Below are positions 7,215 through 17,800 of a stretch of 26,020 nucleotides of DNA, piece by piece (the first letter of the stretch is position 1; every line of letters begins with the position of its first letter). The notes under the pieces were generated by a model. The model worked only from the letters and a program-made list of their open reading frames with translations. It was not told where the DNA came from and did not search any database. The position numbers were made by a program, and so were the translations under genes. Source of the DNA: an uncultured Eubacteriales bacterium (GTDB taxonomy: Bacteria > Bacillota_I > Bacilli_A > RF39 > UBA660); contig OMQW01000052.1 of NCBI GenBank assembly GCA_900313345.1, positions 1-26,020 on the forward strand, read 5' to 3'.

Positions 7215-8282
7215 ATGAGTATAATTGTTAATTTACTATTATTTATTTTAATACTTGGTATTATTGTCTTTATTCATGAATTTGGGCATTTTATATTTGC
7301 TAAAATAACTGGAGTTTATGTATATGAGTTTTCTATTGGTATGGGACCTAAGTTATTTAGTAAAAAAGGTAAAAGTGGTGAGACTGATTATTCTATTAGA
7401 GCTATTCCAATAGGAGGATTTTGTTCTCTTGCTGGGGAAGATATAGAAAATGATGATAAGAGTATTCCTAAAAATAGAAAATTACAAAGTAAAACTAAAT
7501 TACAAAGATTCTTAATTATGTTTATGGGTCCTGGATTTAACTTTTTACTTGCTATAGTAATTTTACTATTTATTGGATTATGTTTTGGGTCTAGTGATTT
7601 AACTCCTAGAATATCTAGCACTCAAAGAGATTATCCAGCTTATGATGCTGGACTTACTAAGGGTGATTTAATTAAAGAAATTAATGGACATAAAATCTAT
7701 ACAATGGATGATGTTACATTATATATAGCACTACAAGATCATAAAAAAGATTTAAAAATTAAAGCTGTTAAAAAAAGTGGCTTAAGTCATGTTTACACTT
7801 TAAAAGCTAAGAAGGAAGTTAGTAAAGTTAAGGGTGAAAAAGTAACTTCTTATAAATATGGTATTGGTTTAAAAACAAAAAAAGTTTATGGAGTAGGTAA
7901 TGCTTTAAAATTTACTTTTGTTAAAACATGTGCATTATTTAGACAAATGTGGGTTACAGTTGTTTATTTATTTACTGGGCATATTAGATTAAATCAATTA
8001 AGTGGACCAGTTGGTATTTATTCTATTGTTGGTGAACAATCACATAATGGATTTAGTGCATTAATTTATTTACTTGCATATTTAAGCATTAATGTTGGAT
8101 TTTTAAATTTACTTCCTATTCCAGCTTTTGATGGTGGACATATTTTATTTATAATTATTGAGTTAATTAAAGGAAGCCCTGTTGATCCTAAACTTGAAAA
8201 TAAGATACATACAATTGGATTAATGTTATTAATGTTATTAATGCTTGTTATTACAATTAATGATATTCTTAGATTATTTTAA
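7215..8282 (+). CDS. rseP: RIP metalloprotease RseP/RasP (site-2 protease, peptidase M50 with PDZ domain)
   Basis: It has the HEFGHF (HExxH) motif in the first TM helix, a PDZ-like middle (GLTKGDLIKEINGHKI) and the C-terminal NLLPIPAFDGGH motif. The AGGAGG RBS overlaps the cdsA stop. Confidence 0.9.
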   Translation: MSIIVNLLLFILILGIIVFIHEFGHFIFAKITGVYVYEFSIGMGPKLFSKKGKSGETDYSIRAIPIGGFCSLAGEDIENDDKSIPKNRKLQSKTKLQRFLIMFMGPGFNFLLAIVILLFIGLCFGSSDLTPRISSTQRDYPAYDAGLTKGDLIKEINGHKIYTMDDVTLYIALQDHKKDLKIKAVKKSGLSHVYTLKAKKEVSKVKGEKVTSYKYGIGLKTKKVYGVGNALKFTFVKTCALFRQMWVTVVYLFTGHIRLNQLSGPVGIYSIVGEQSHNGFSALIYLLAYLSINVGFLNLLPIPAFDGGHILFIIIELIKGSPVDPKLENKIHTIGLMLLMLLMLVITINDILRLF

Positions 8283-8295
8283 TCTAAGAATTTTT
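8265..8295 (+). terminator. Rho-independent terminator overlapping the rseP 3' end
   Basis: ATTCTTAGATT (8265-8275) pairs with AATCTAAGAAT (8281-8291), a perfect 11 bp stem around a 5-nt loop that reaches the stop codon. TTTT follows. Confidence 0.6.
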
Positions 8296-8357
8296 ATTTA
8301 AAAAATAGTTAAATTATATTATAATTATATTAGTTTATAGAATGGAGTTTGATAAAG

Positions 8358-11300
8358 ATGATGAAAATAATGGATGGAAATGAGGCAATGGCATATTCTG
8401 CCTATAACTTTACAGAAGTAAGTGGACTTTATCCAATTACTCCTGCAAGTCCTATGGGAGAAGTTACAGATAAATGGGCAGGTGAAGGTAAGAAAAACTT
8501 TTTTGGTACTCCTGTTAAAGTAGTTGAAATGGAAAGTGAAGCTGGTGCCGCTGGTATGATACATGGTTCACTTCTTTCTGGGGCTTTAACTAGTACTTAT
8601 ACTGCAAGTCAAGGTTTATTATTAATGCTTCCTGATATGTATAAGATTGCTGGTGAAGGACTTCCTTGTGTAATTAATGTTTCAGCTAGAACTATTGCAA
8701 CACATGCTCTTTCTATATTTGGAGATCATAGTGATATTTATGCTGCAAAGGGAACTGGTTTTGCTTTTTTAGCTTCTAGTTCTGTACAAGATGCTATGGA
8801 TTTAACTAATGTTAGCTATTTAAGTGCTATTAAAGGAAAAGTTCCTTTTGTTAATTTTATGGATGGATTTAGAACTAGTCATGAAATTCAAAAAATTGAA
8901 ACTATTGATACAGAAAAAGTTAAAGAATTAATAGATTTAAAAGCTTTAAGCGAATTTAGAAATAGAAGTTTAAATCCAAATAATCCTTATACTTATGGTA
9001 CTAATCAAAATGGTGATGTTTATTTCCAAATGGTTGAAGCTAGAAATAAATATTATGATCAATTACCTGATATAGTTAATAATTATATGAAAAAAATTAA
9101 TAGTATTACAGGCAGAAATTATAAACCTTTTAATTATTATGGTGCTGTTAATGCTACTAAAGTAATTGTTTCTATGGGCTCTGTTTCAGAAACTATTAAA
9201 GAAACTGTTAGTTATTTAACTAAAAAGGGTGAAGCTGTTGGAGTTATTGAAGTTCATTTATTTAGACCATTTTCTTCAAAATATTTTTTATCTGTTCTTC
9301 CTAAAACAGTTAAAAAAATTATTGTTCTTGATAGATGCAAAGAAGCAGGAGATGTTGGTGAAACATTATATTTAGATGTATTAAAAGTAGTAAGAGATGT
9401 TTCAACTAAAGTTAAAGTTATTGGTGGACGTTATGGACTTGCTTCTAAAGATACTACTCCTAGTATGATTAAAGCTTTATTTGATTTTGTTGATTCTAAA
9501 GATAGTCATTCTAATTTTACTATTGGTATTAATGATGATGTTACTAATTTAAGTGTTAAATATGATCCTAAGTTTTTAATACCTAGTTTTACTACTAACT
9601 TTATGATTTATGGATATGGTTCTGATGGAATGGTGTCAGCATCTAAAGATATATTAAAGATTACGGGTAATTATAGCAAAGCTTATGTTCAAGGATATTT
9701 TCAATATGATAGTAAGAAGAGTGGAGGAGTTACTATAAGTCATTTAAGATTTAGTGGTAGTCCAATACATTCTGAATATTATAATCAAAGTAGTAATTTT
9801 GTTATTTGTACTAAAGATTCTTATTTAAATAAACTTCATATGTTTGAAAAGGTTTCTAATAATGGAATATTCCTTTTAAATACTCATATGAATAGTGAAG
9901 AATTAATTAAAACTTTATCTAATTATGATAAAAGAATAATTGAAAAGAAAAATATTAAACTATATATAGTAGATGCTTCTAATATTGCTAAACTTTATGG
10001 ACTTGATAATAAAATTAGTTCTATTATGGAAACTATTATATTTAAATTAGGTAAATTAATTGATTATGATTTTGCTGTTACTAAAATAAAAGAAAGTATA
10101 GAAGCTAAATTTGGTAATAAAGGTGGAGAAATTGCTTTAAAAAATATTAAAGCAATAGATAATGCTATTAGTAATATAGTTCAAGTTAAACTTCCTAATA
10201 TTCAATATATTCCTGAAATGCCTAAAAATTTAAGTAAGTTTGAAATTATTAATACTATGGAAGGTGATACTTTACCTGTTAGTAGTTTCTTAGGTGAGTG
10301 TAATGGAGAAGTTTCTTCTAATACTTCTAAACTTGAAAAAAGAGATATTGCTGAAAATGTTCCTTGCTATGATTCTTCTAAATGTATTCAATGTGGACTT
10401 TGTAGTTTAGTTTGCCCTCATGCTGTTATTAGACCTTTCTTACTTGATGAAGATGAAGTCATGGATGCACCTAGTTCGTTAAAAGATAAACTTACTGATA
10501 TGAAAGTAGGAGATGTAACTTATAAATATACTATTGGTATAAGTGTTAAAGATTGTACTGGATGTTCTTTATGTGCTAATATTTGTCCTGGTAAAAAGGG
10601 AGAAAAAGCATTAACTTTAAAAGAAAAAGTTAATGATCCTATTATTATTAAAGAAACTGAATATTTATTTAATGAAGTAGGAGAAAAGAGAGTTCTTCCT
10701 AATAACACTGTTAAGGGTACTCAACTTAGAAAACCAAAATTTGAATTTAGTGGAGCATGTGCTGGATGTGGTGAAACTCCTTATTTAAAACTTTTATCAC
10801 AATTATTTGGTGATAATATGATTGTTGCTAATGCTACTGGTTGTTCTTCTATATATAGTGCTAGTTACCCATCTAGTCCTTGGAGCACTCCTTGGGCAAA
10901 TAGTTTATTTGAGGATAATGCAGAGTTTGGTTATGGTATGAGAATTGCTGATATAGCTAAGAAAAATAGAATAGCAACATTAATAAACGATAATATTAAT
11001 TTAGTTAAAAAGAGTGAAGAAAAAATTTATAAAGCTTATATTAATGAGCCTAATATGGAAAACTCAGATAAGTTGTTAGAAATTCTTCCTAAGACTAAAA
11101 TACCTGGATTACTTGAGTTAAAAGATGACATTAAGCCTAAATCAATTTGGATTGTTGGTGGAGATGGTTGGGCATATGATATAGGATTTAATGGTATTGA
11201 TCATGTACTTGCAAATCATGAAAATGTTAATATATTAGTTTTAGATACTGAGGTTTATTCTAATACAGGAGGACAAGCTTCTAAAAGTACTAGACTTGGT

Positions 11301-11777
11301 GCTACTGCTAAGTTTGTATCTAGTGGTAAAAAGACAGCTAAAAAAGATCTTGCAAGAATAGCTCTTACTTATCCACATGTTTATGTTGGTACTATTTCAC
11401 TTGGAGCTAATCCAATGCAAGCTATTAAAGTGTTAAATGAAGCAGAAGCATATGACGGACCTTCTATTGTTATTGCATACTCTCCTTGTATTGCACAAAA
11501 GATAATTAAAGGAATGGGTAATTCTATAGAAGAAGAAAAAAAAGCTACTAATTCTGGATATTTTCCAATATTTCACTATAATCCAGTAACAAAAGAATTT
11601 AAATTAGATTCTAAAGCAGATTTTTCTCTTTATGCAGATTTCTTAGGTGGAGAAGATAGATATAGAATTTTAAAAAATATAAATAAAGATTATAAAAAAA
11701 TACTTGAAGAAAACAAAAGAAATGCTGAAGAAAGATATAATTTCTATCAAAATTTAAGTATTAAAAAAGAGCAATAA
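8358..11777 (+). CDS. nifJ: Pyruvate:ferredoxin (flavodoxin) oxidoreductase, single-polypeptide type
   Basis: MDGNEAMAYSAYNFTEV...YPITPASPM is a PFOR domain I N-terminus. There are two 4Fe-4S motifs (CIQCGLCSLVCPHA and CTGCSLCANICP) and a TPP-binding region (GGDGWAYDIGFNG...LDTEVYSNTGGQ). I prefer ATG 8358 as the start, 10 nt after GGAG at 8344-8347. The tracked TTG start at 8349 is probably too early, and ATG 8361 is also possible. Confidence 0.92.
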   Translation: MMKIMDGNEAMAYSAYNFTEVSGLYPITPASPMGEVTDKWAGEGKKNFFGTPVKVVEMESEAGAAGMIHGSLLSGALTSTYTASQGLLLMLPDMYKIAGEGLPCVINVSARTIATHALSIFGDHSDIYAAKGTGFAFLASSSVQDAMDLTNVSYLSAIKGKVPFVNFMDGFRTSHEIQKIETIDTEKVKELIDLKALSEFRNRSLNPNNPYTYGTNQNGDVYFQMVEARNKYYDQLPDIVNNYMKKINSITGRNYKPFNYYGAVNATKVIVSMGSVSETIKETVSYLTKKGEAVGVIEVHLFRPFSSKYFLSVLPKTVKKIIVLDRCKEAGDVGETLYLDVLKVVRDVSTKVKVIGGRYGLASKDTTPSMIKALFDFVDSKDSHSNFTIGINDDVTNLSVKYDPKFLIPSFTTNFMIYGYGSDGMVSASKDILKITGNYSKAYVQGYFQYDSKKSGGVTISHLRFSGSPIHSEYYNQSSNFVICTKDSYLNKLHMFEKVSNNGIFLLNTHMNSEELIKTLSNYDKRIIEKKNIKLYIVDASNIAKLYGLDNKISSIMETIIFKLGKLIDYDFAVTKIKESIEAKFGNKGGEIALKNIKAIDNAISNIVQVKLPNIQYIPEMPKNLSKFEIINTMEGDTLPVSSFLGECNGEVSSNTSKLEKRDIAENVPCYDSSKCIQCGLCSLVCPHAVIRPFLLDEDEVMDAPSSLKDKLTDMKVGDVTYKYTIGISVKDCTGCSLCANICPGKKGEKALTLKEKVNDPIIIKETEYLFNEVGEKRVLPNNTVKGTQLRKPKFEFSGACAGCGETPYLKLLSQLFGDNMIVANATGCSSIYSASYPSSPWSTPWANSLFEDNAEFGYGMRIADIAKKNRIATLINDNINLVKKSEEKIYKAYINEPNMENSDKLLEILPKTKIPGLLELKDDIKPKSIWIVGGDGWAYDIGFNGIDHVLANHENVNILVLDTEVYSNTGGQASKSTRLGATAKFVSSGKKTAKKDLARIALTYPHVYVGTISLGANPMQAIKVLNEAEAYDGPSIVIAYSPCIAQKIIKGMGNSIEEEKKATNSGYFPIFHYNPVTKEFKLDSKADFSLYADFLGGEDRYRILKNINKDYKKILEENKRNAEERYNFYQNLSIKKEQ

Positions 11778-11814
11778 AATGCTTTTTTTTATTCACAAAT
11801 TTTGTTTTTTTTTG

Positions 11815-11843
11815 TTGATATATAAATACTATTTTGATATAAT
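11815..11843 (+). promoter_or_regulatory. Near-consensus sigma-A promoter with extended -10, driving the giant gene
   Basis: TTGATA (11815-11820), a 17-nt spacer, then TATAAT (11838-11843). TG at 11835-11836 gives the extended TGnTATAAT. A T9 tract at 11805-11813 lies just upstream. RBS AGAGGTG (11861-11867) precedes ATG 11873. Confidence 0.7.
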
Positions 11844-11872
11844 GAAAGTAATATGAAGATAGAGGTGCAGTT

Positions 11873-14800
11873 ATGGAAAAGTTAAATGAAATTTTAAAGA
11901 AAATAATTACTAGATATACTATAAAAGAGAATAAAAATAATAAGATTACTAAGGAAGAAAATGATGAAAATAGACGAAAAAAAATAATTGCTATTATAGT
12001 ACTTATTTTATTACTTTTCTTTTTATTAATATTTAATGTTGGTGATATACTTGTTGGAAGACCAACTAGACCAGTATTAAATAAACCAGGAAATGACTGG
12101 TATAACGAAAAAGTAATAGGTATTGAAAAAGATTCTATCGCTAAAAAGAAAATAGATCATTATTTATATTGTATTACTGATAAAAATAGTATTGATGGAT
12201 GTAAATGGGAAATTACTAAAACAAAGAATGTTAATGTTATAACTAATGGCATTAACTATGTATTCTTTAAGGCAGTAGATTCAGATGGTAACATTGGTGA
12301 TCCATCTAGCCCTGTTGTTGTTAAGATTGATAATATAGCACCTACTATTAACAGTATTATAAGAGAAAACTTGAAGAATAGTATTAAGGTTAGCGTTGAT
12401 GCTATTGATAATGAATCTGGTATTAAAGCTTATTACTATAAATTAGATGATGGTGAATGGGTTAAAGGGGACAAGGATTTTGAATTTAAAAATCTAGAAG
12501 AAAATAAAGAATATAATATTTCTATTAGAGTCGTTGATAATGCAGGGAATATTAAGGAACTATCTTTAACTGCTACTACTGATAATTCTGGAAAGACTAC
12601 ATTTGATTTAGATGATAATAAAAATAATAAAGCTAAAGCAGATGATAAGGATAAAACTAAAGATAATGAAACTAAGGAAGAACCAGATTTAACAATTCCT
12701 TCAGTTAGTTTAGATGGAATACCAAATGAGTTTTATTATGGAGAAGATTATAAAATACCTACTAATTATAAATTTGGTAAGAGTGGTGGAAAACTTACTT
12801 GTTATATAGATTCTAAAGAAACTAACTTAACTTCTACAAAAACACTTTTATTATTAAAACATACAATTAAGTGTGATGCTAAAGGTAATAATGGATTAAT
12901 TGCAAGTGCTTCTAAAGAAATTAATATTAAGCCTAAAGAAATAGATGAGGATAAAGAATGGGATGGATGGATTACAATGAATTTAAAATATCCTGAAAAT
13001 TCTATTAAATGGCAATGGAAACTTGATGATTCTGCTATAGAACAAGATCATAGAGAATTTGAAGATTATACTGGACCAATAACAGTTAGACTAAATGATG
13101 TAGAACATGTTCTAATTAGTTATGAAATAGATGGGGAAGGATTTAAAGAATATCCAGGAACTACAGAACCTTATACTTATATATGGGCTGATGATTATTC
13201 ATTAAATTCTACTGATAAAACTAAAGTTTATATTTCGTATTCTAGAAATAGTGATAAGAGAGAATATAAAATAAATGATGGAAAATGGCAAGAATATAAA
13301 GGAGCATTTGAAGCTTCTGCAGATAGTAATATTCAATCTAGAGCTACTAATATTGATGAAATAGTAACTGCAGATGGAACAAAAACAATTAAAAAGAGGA
13401 GTGCTTATGATTCTATATATATTAGTTATGATAAAAGGCTTACAAGAGATCCTTTAAGCATTAAAATATATTTTGATAACAATAGTATTCAATTAAATGA
13501 GGAAACTAATGCTAGACTTATTTATACAGATGGAGCTAAAAAGATTGTTTATAGTATAAATGGTGGAGTTTATACAGATTATACTGGACCATTTAAAGTA
13601 AAAGCACTAGATAATGTTACAGCAATAGTTTATAAAGATATTAATTATTATAATAGTGATGGAGAAATAGTTAATACTAAAGAACTTTCTGCAAGTGCTA
13701 GTAAAGATGTTGATGTTACTAATTATGAACTTGAAGATTTTGATTTTTCTATTAATGCACCTTATAGTTTAGAAGAAAATAAAACTAGTAAAGTATCTAT
13801 TAATGCACCAGAAGATTCTGAAAAAATATTATATTCTATTAATGGTTCTGATTATAGTGAATATGATAAAGAGTTTGAAGTTAGTGCAGATACATTAGTA
13901 ACTGCAATGGTAACTAAAAAAGTTAAACTATTAGATAATGATGGTAATACAATTGATATTATTTCTAAAACAAAGACAAAGAGTAAATATATTAAGTTAA
14001 AAGAAATAGAACCTCCAATAGAAGATGAAATTGATGGACCTAATATTTATGAAAATCCAGATAGTTTAGTAGAAGAAGCTACTATATCTATGGATACTTT
14101 TTATCCATCCGAATCAATTTGGTATAAAGAGGGATATTATGGAAGATATACTAAATATAATGGAGAATTTAAGGTATCTAATAATGAGACAATTTATGCT
14201 TATTATATTAGAAAAGAAGATGGGTTAAAATCAAAAGTTTCTAGCTTTAAAGTATCTAATATTAAAAAACCTTATTTACCTTATATAAGATTTGAATCTG
14301 ATCATGATTTAAATACTATTACTGATAATGAAAATATTACTGTTATTAGTAAAGATGCTGATACAGTTAAATATAGTTTTGATAATGTACAATTTATAGA
14401 TTATACTTCACCAATTAATATTGATCATAATTGTACTATTTATGTTAAAGCAGAGAATAATTATGGTGATACTGTTGAGAATTTGTCTATTACTAATATT
14501 GGTAATAGTAATCCTCCTGCTATTATTAAAAATCTTGATGTATTTATTACTAGTGATCCTACAAAAGAGGAAGTTAAAGGTTTAGTTAATAAAACAAATA
14601 TTTCTATATCTTTTGATAATGATGCAACTGAAAAGTTATATTCATTAGATGGATATACATTTATACCTTATGAAGGACCTTTTGAATTAAAAGAAAATAC
14701 TACTATTATTGCTGTTGCAAGGGGTGAGAATGCTTTTGGTAGTGCTAAGTTAAAAATTGATTTTTTAACTACTGGTATAGCTAAACCTGATATTATACCT

Positions 14801-17800
14801 AATACTAAACAAAAAGCTTATTCTGTTGATATTGATATTGACTATGATAAGACTGCTGTAAAAAAATACTATAAATTAAATGATGATACTTATCATGAGT
14901 ATACAGGAACATTTACTGTAACTGAAAATAATACACTTATTACAGCTTATAATGAAAATGCTTTAGGACAAAGTGCAAAGAGTACATATTACGTTTCTAA
15001 TATTGTTAAGCAACCTTCTTATGAAATGGTTGATAAAGGCGATTACTTTATTCTTAAACTTAATTATCCTGCTACAACAAATTCAAACACTTGGGAATAT
15101 AAGTGGACTAAAGATGGTAAATGGAAACATTATGATACTAAGTATAATTTATTATTAATTAAAGCTTCTGCTAAAGAAAAATATGTAAATGCAGATGGTG
15201 CTATTATTGAAGATGAATATGGTAATAAATTAACTTATACTGATCATTATTACTTTGTAAATGATGTTACTAGTGATTTAGCTGAGAATTTATTTATGAG
15301 ATGGAGTAATGAACAAATTAATGAAATAAATATTATTTCAAATACTAAACTTCCTACAAATAGCGTTGATATTAGAATTCAATTTCCTACTGGTGATAAA
15401 TATTTGTATAAAATTATTGATAAAAATGGTAAACAAACTGAGTGGAAAAAATATAATGGTGTTTTTACTATAAAAGAAAACAATACTACAGTACTTGCTA
15501 AATATTTTAAGCAAGAAACTGGCGATAGTAAAATTGTCAGTTATAAAGTTACTAATATAGATGAAACTAGTCCAGAGGTTTCAGGCATTGCTGATTTTGA
15601 GTCTCCTATTAGAAAATTAAATGTCACTATTAAAGCTGTAGATGATGTGGAAGTTGAAACTGTTGGTTATGCTAAGGGAAAACATGATGTTAAGTTCTTT
15701 GAGGATGATGGAAAATTTATTAAAAACAATGGAACATTTAGTGTAGAAGAAAATGGCTTTTATACTCTATATGCAAGTGATACTGTTGGACATCAAGTGG
15801 TTAAAGTTATCGAAATAACTAATATTGATAAAAATGCTCCTGATTTATATATTAATTTACTTGATAAGAATTTAAGTTCTAAAGTTAGATTTACAATTAC
15901 AGGTACTGCTAAAGATATATCCTATAGTGTTGGTAATGATACTAATTATAAAAAATATAATAGTGGCGATGAAATAACTTTAACTTCAGAAGAATGTGAG
16001 AAATTATTTAATTCTGATGGATCTTTAACTATTTATGCTAAGGGTATTAATGAGGCTTTAAATGAAGCTACTATTCATACTAATATTAATAATCTAGATA
16101 ATAATATTTTTGCAGCTCCAGTTATAAATAATGTTGCAGGTTACCCTATTTTAACTGAATATGGTATGAAGTTAGATGATTATATTACTATTAGTTATGA
16201 TAATAATTATGATGATTTATATAATGAATATTCTGTTGATGGTGGAGAAACATGGCTTCCTTACGTCGGACCATTTAATTCACAAAGTGGTAATATAGTT
16301 GCTAGAAGTACTAGACTTGAATCTGGTTTAAGTAAATCAAATTCTAAAAAAATAAACTTACCTACTGATGCTATTCCTTATTCTAGTTTTGATGGTGATG
16401 TAAATACTAAACAAAATTATCCTGGAACTTATAAATTTTTAGTTGATAAGACTGCTTGGAATAGTTATCTTTCAATTATAGAAACTTGTCATTATTATTC
16501 TGGTATGACTATGTATTTCTATGATGATAATAATAATTTAATAAAACAAGAAACACTTAATGTTGAATATAGTAGTTCTAATAATACTGAACATATTTAT
16601 TTAATTCCTGAAAATACAAGTTATATAACAATAGGCACTGATCATGGTTTTGGTACTAATGCCGAGGTTAATGAAATAACTCTTTCTAATGAACCTAGAT
16701 TTAATGTAAAGAAGAATTATTCTAAAATTATTAATGATGGAATTATAATTGGTAATAATGAAATATCTATTGATTTTTATAAAACTTCTGTAAAATATTT
16801 ATATAAAATTAATGATGGCAAATGGAAAAATTATACTTTAGGAAAAATTTTAAATATAAAAAATGGAGATACTTTATATGCTAAGGGAATAGATATGTTT
16901 GGTGTAGAAACTAGAATAATCTCTTCTGTTGTTTCTAATGTACCTGATGATTGTGTTCCTGCTGCTGGAACTGATAATAATTCATCTACTTATTATTATT
17001 CTGGTTATACACAATATAAACTTATAGTAGATAAATCTGCTTTTGGTAAATATATTCAAGTTGTTTATACAGATGGTAAGGGTGGATTTACATTACGTTA
17101 TTATAATTTAGACGATGAAAATTTCTATACTTACGATCATGAAAATAGTGGAGGTTCTCATGCTGCAATATCTATTATTCCTTCTGATGCTGAATATTTA
17201 AAAATTAACGGATATAGTAATTGGGGAATAGGATATATCTCTGATATTAAGATATTATCTAAGCCCGGAATTTATAATAATAATAAATATAATAGCATTT
17301 CTGATAAAGGAAATAAGATAGTTAAAAATCAAATAATTGGAATTAATTATGATAGTAAATCTATAAAGAAATTATATAGTTTCGATAATAAAACTTGGAA
17401 TGATTATACAGATAAATTTACTGCTAAGATTGGTGATACGATTTATGCAAAAGCAATAGATGCTGATGGAGTTGAAACTGAGGTTAGCTCTTATAAGGTT
17501 GCTTTATCTACTAATGCTTTAAATAATAATGCGTTAGATGGCAATGAGAAAACTTATGAATCTGTTAATGGTTCTAGATTAAATATTGATGAATCTATGT
17601 ATGGTGAGAGAATTAATTTTAAAACTAATGGTAATGATACAGTTAAGTTCTTTGATAAACAAGGTACTGAAATGACTGTTTATACTACTACTGTTACTGG
17701 TAGTGGATGGCATGAAGTTACTGTTCCTCAAGCTTCTAAATATATGACATTTACTAGTAATTATGTTTATGAAGTAAGACCTAAGTTTGAACCTACTATT

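Noticed and set aside
7388-7621. 77-aa minus-strand ORF inside rseP
   Set aside because: It is antisense to a confidently identified M50 protease gene, with no RBS or promoter.
8325-8564. 79-aa minus-strand ORF across the nifJ start (and 10520..10708 inside nifJ)
   Set aside because: It is antisense to the PFOR gene, and the translation has no recognisable features.
11977-11984. A8 homopolymer in codons 35-38 of the giant gene as a slipped-strand phase-variation switch
   Set aside because: A/T runs of 7-10 nt are common throughout this AT-rich window, including inside housekeeping genes. The tract is therefore not distinguishable from background without population data.
14973-15158. Short off-frame or antisense ORFs inside the giant gene (14973..15158, 19266..19457, 19464..19673, 23597..23788)
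   Set aside because: All are nested in the 12.6-kb ORF. The two in 19266-19673 are by-products of the GGN-rich frame (V/L/M-rich out-of-frame translation). None has start signals.
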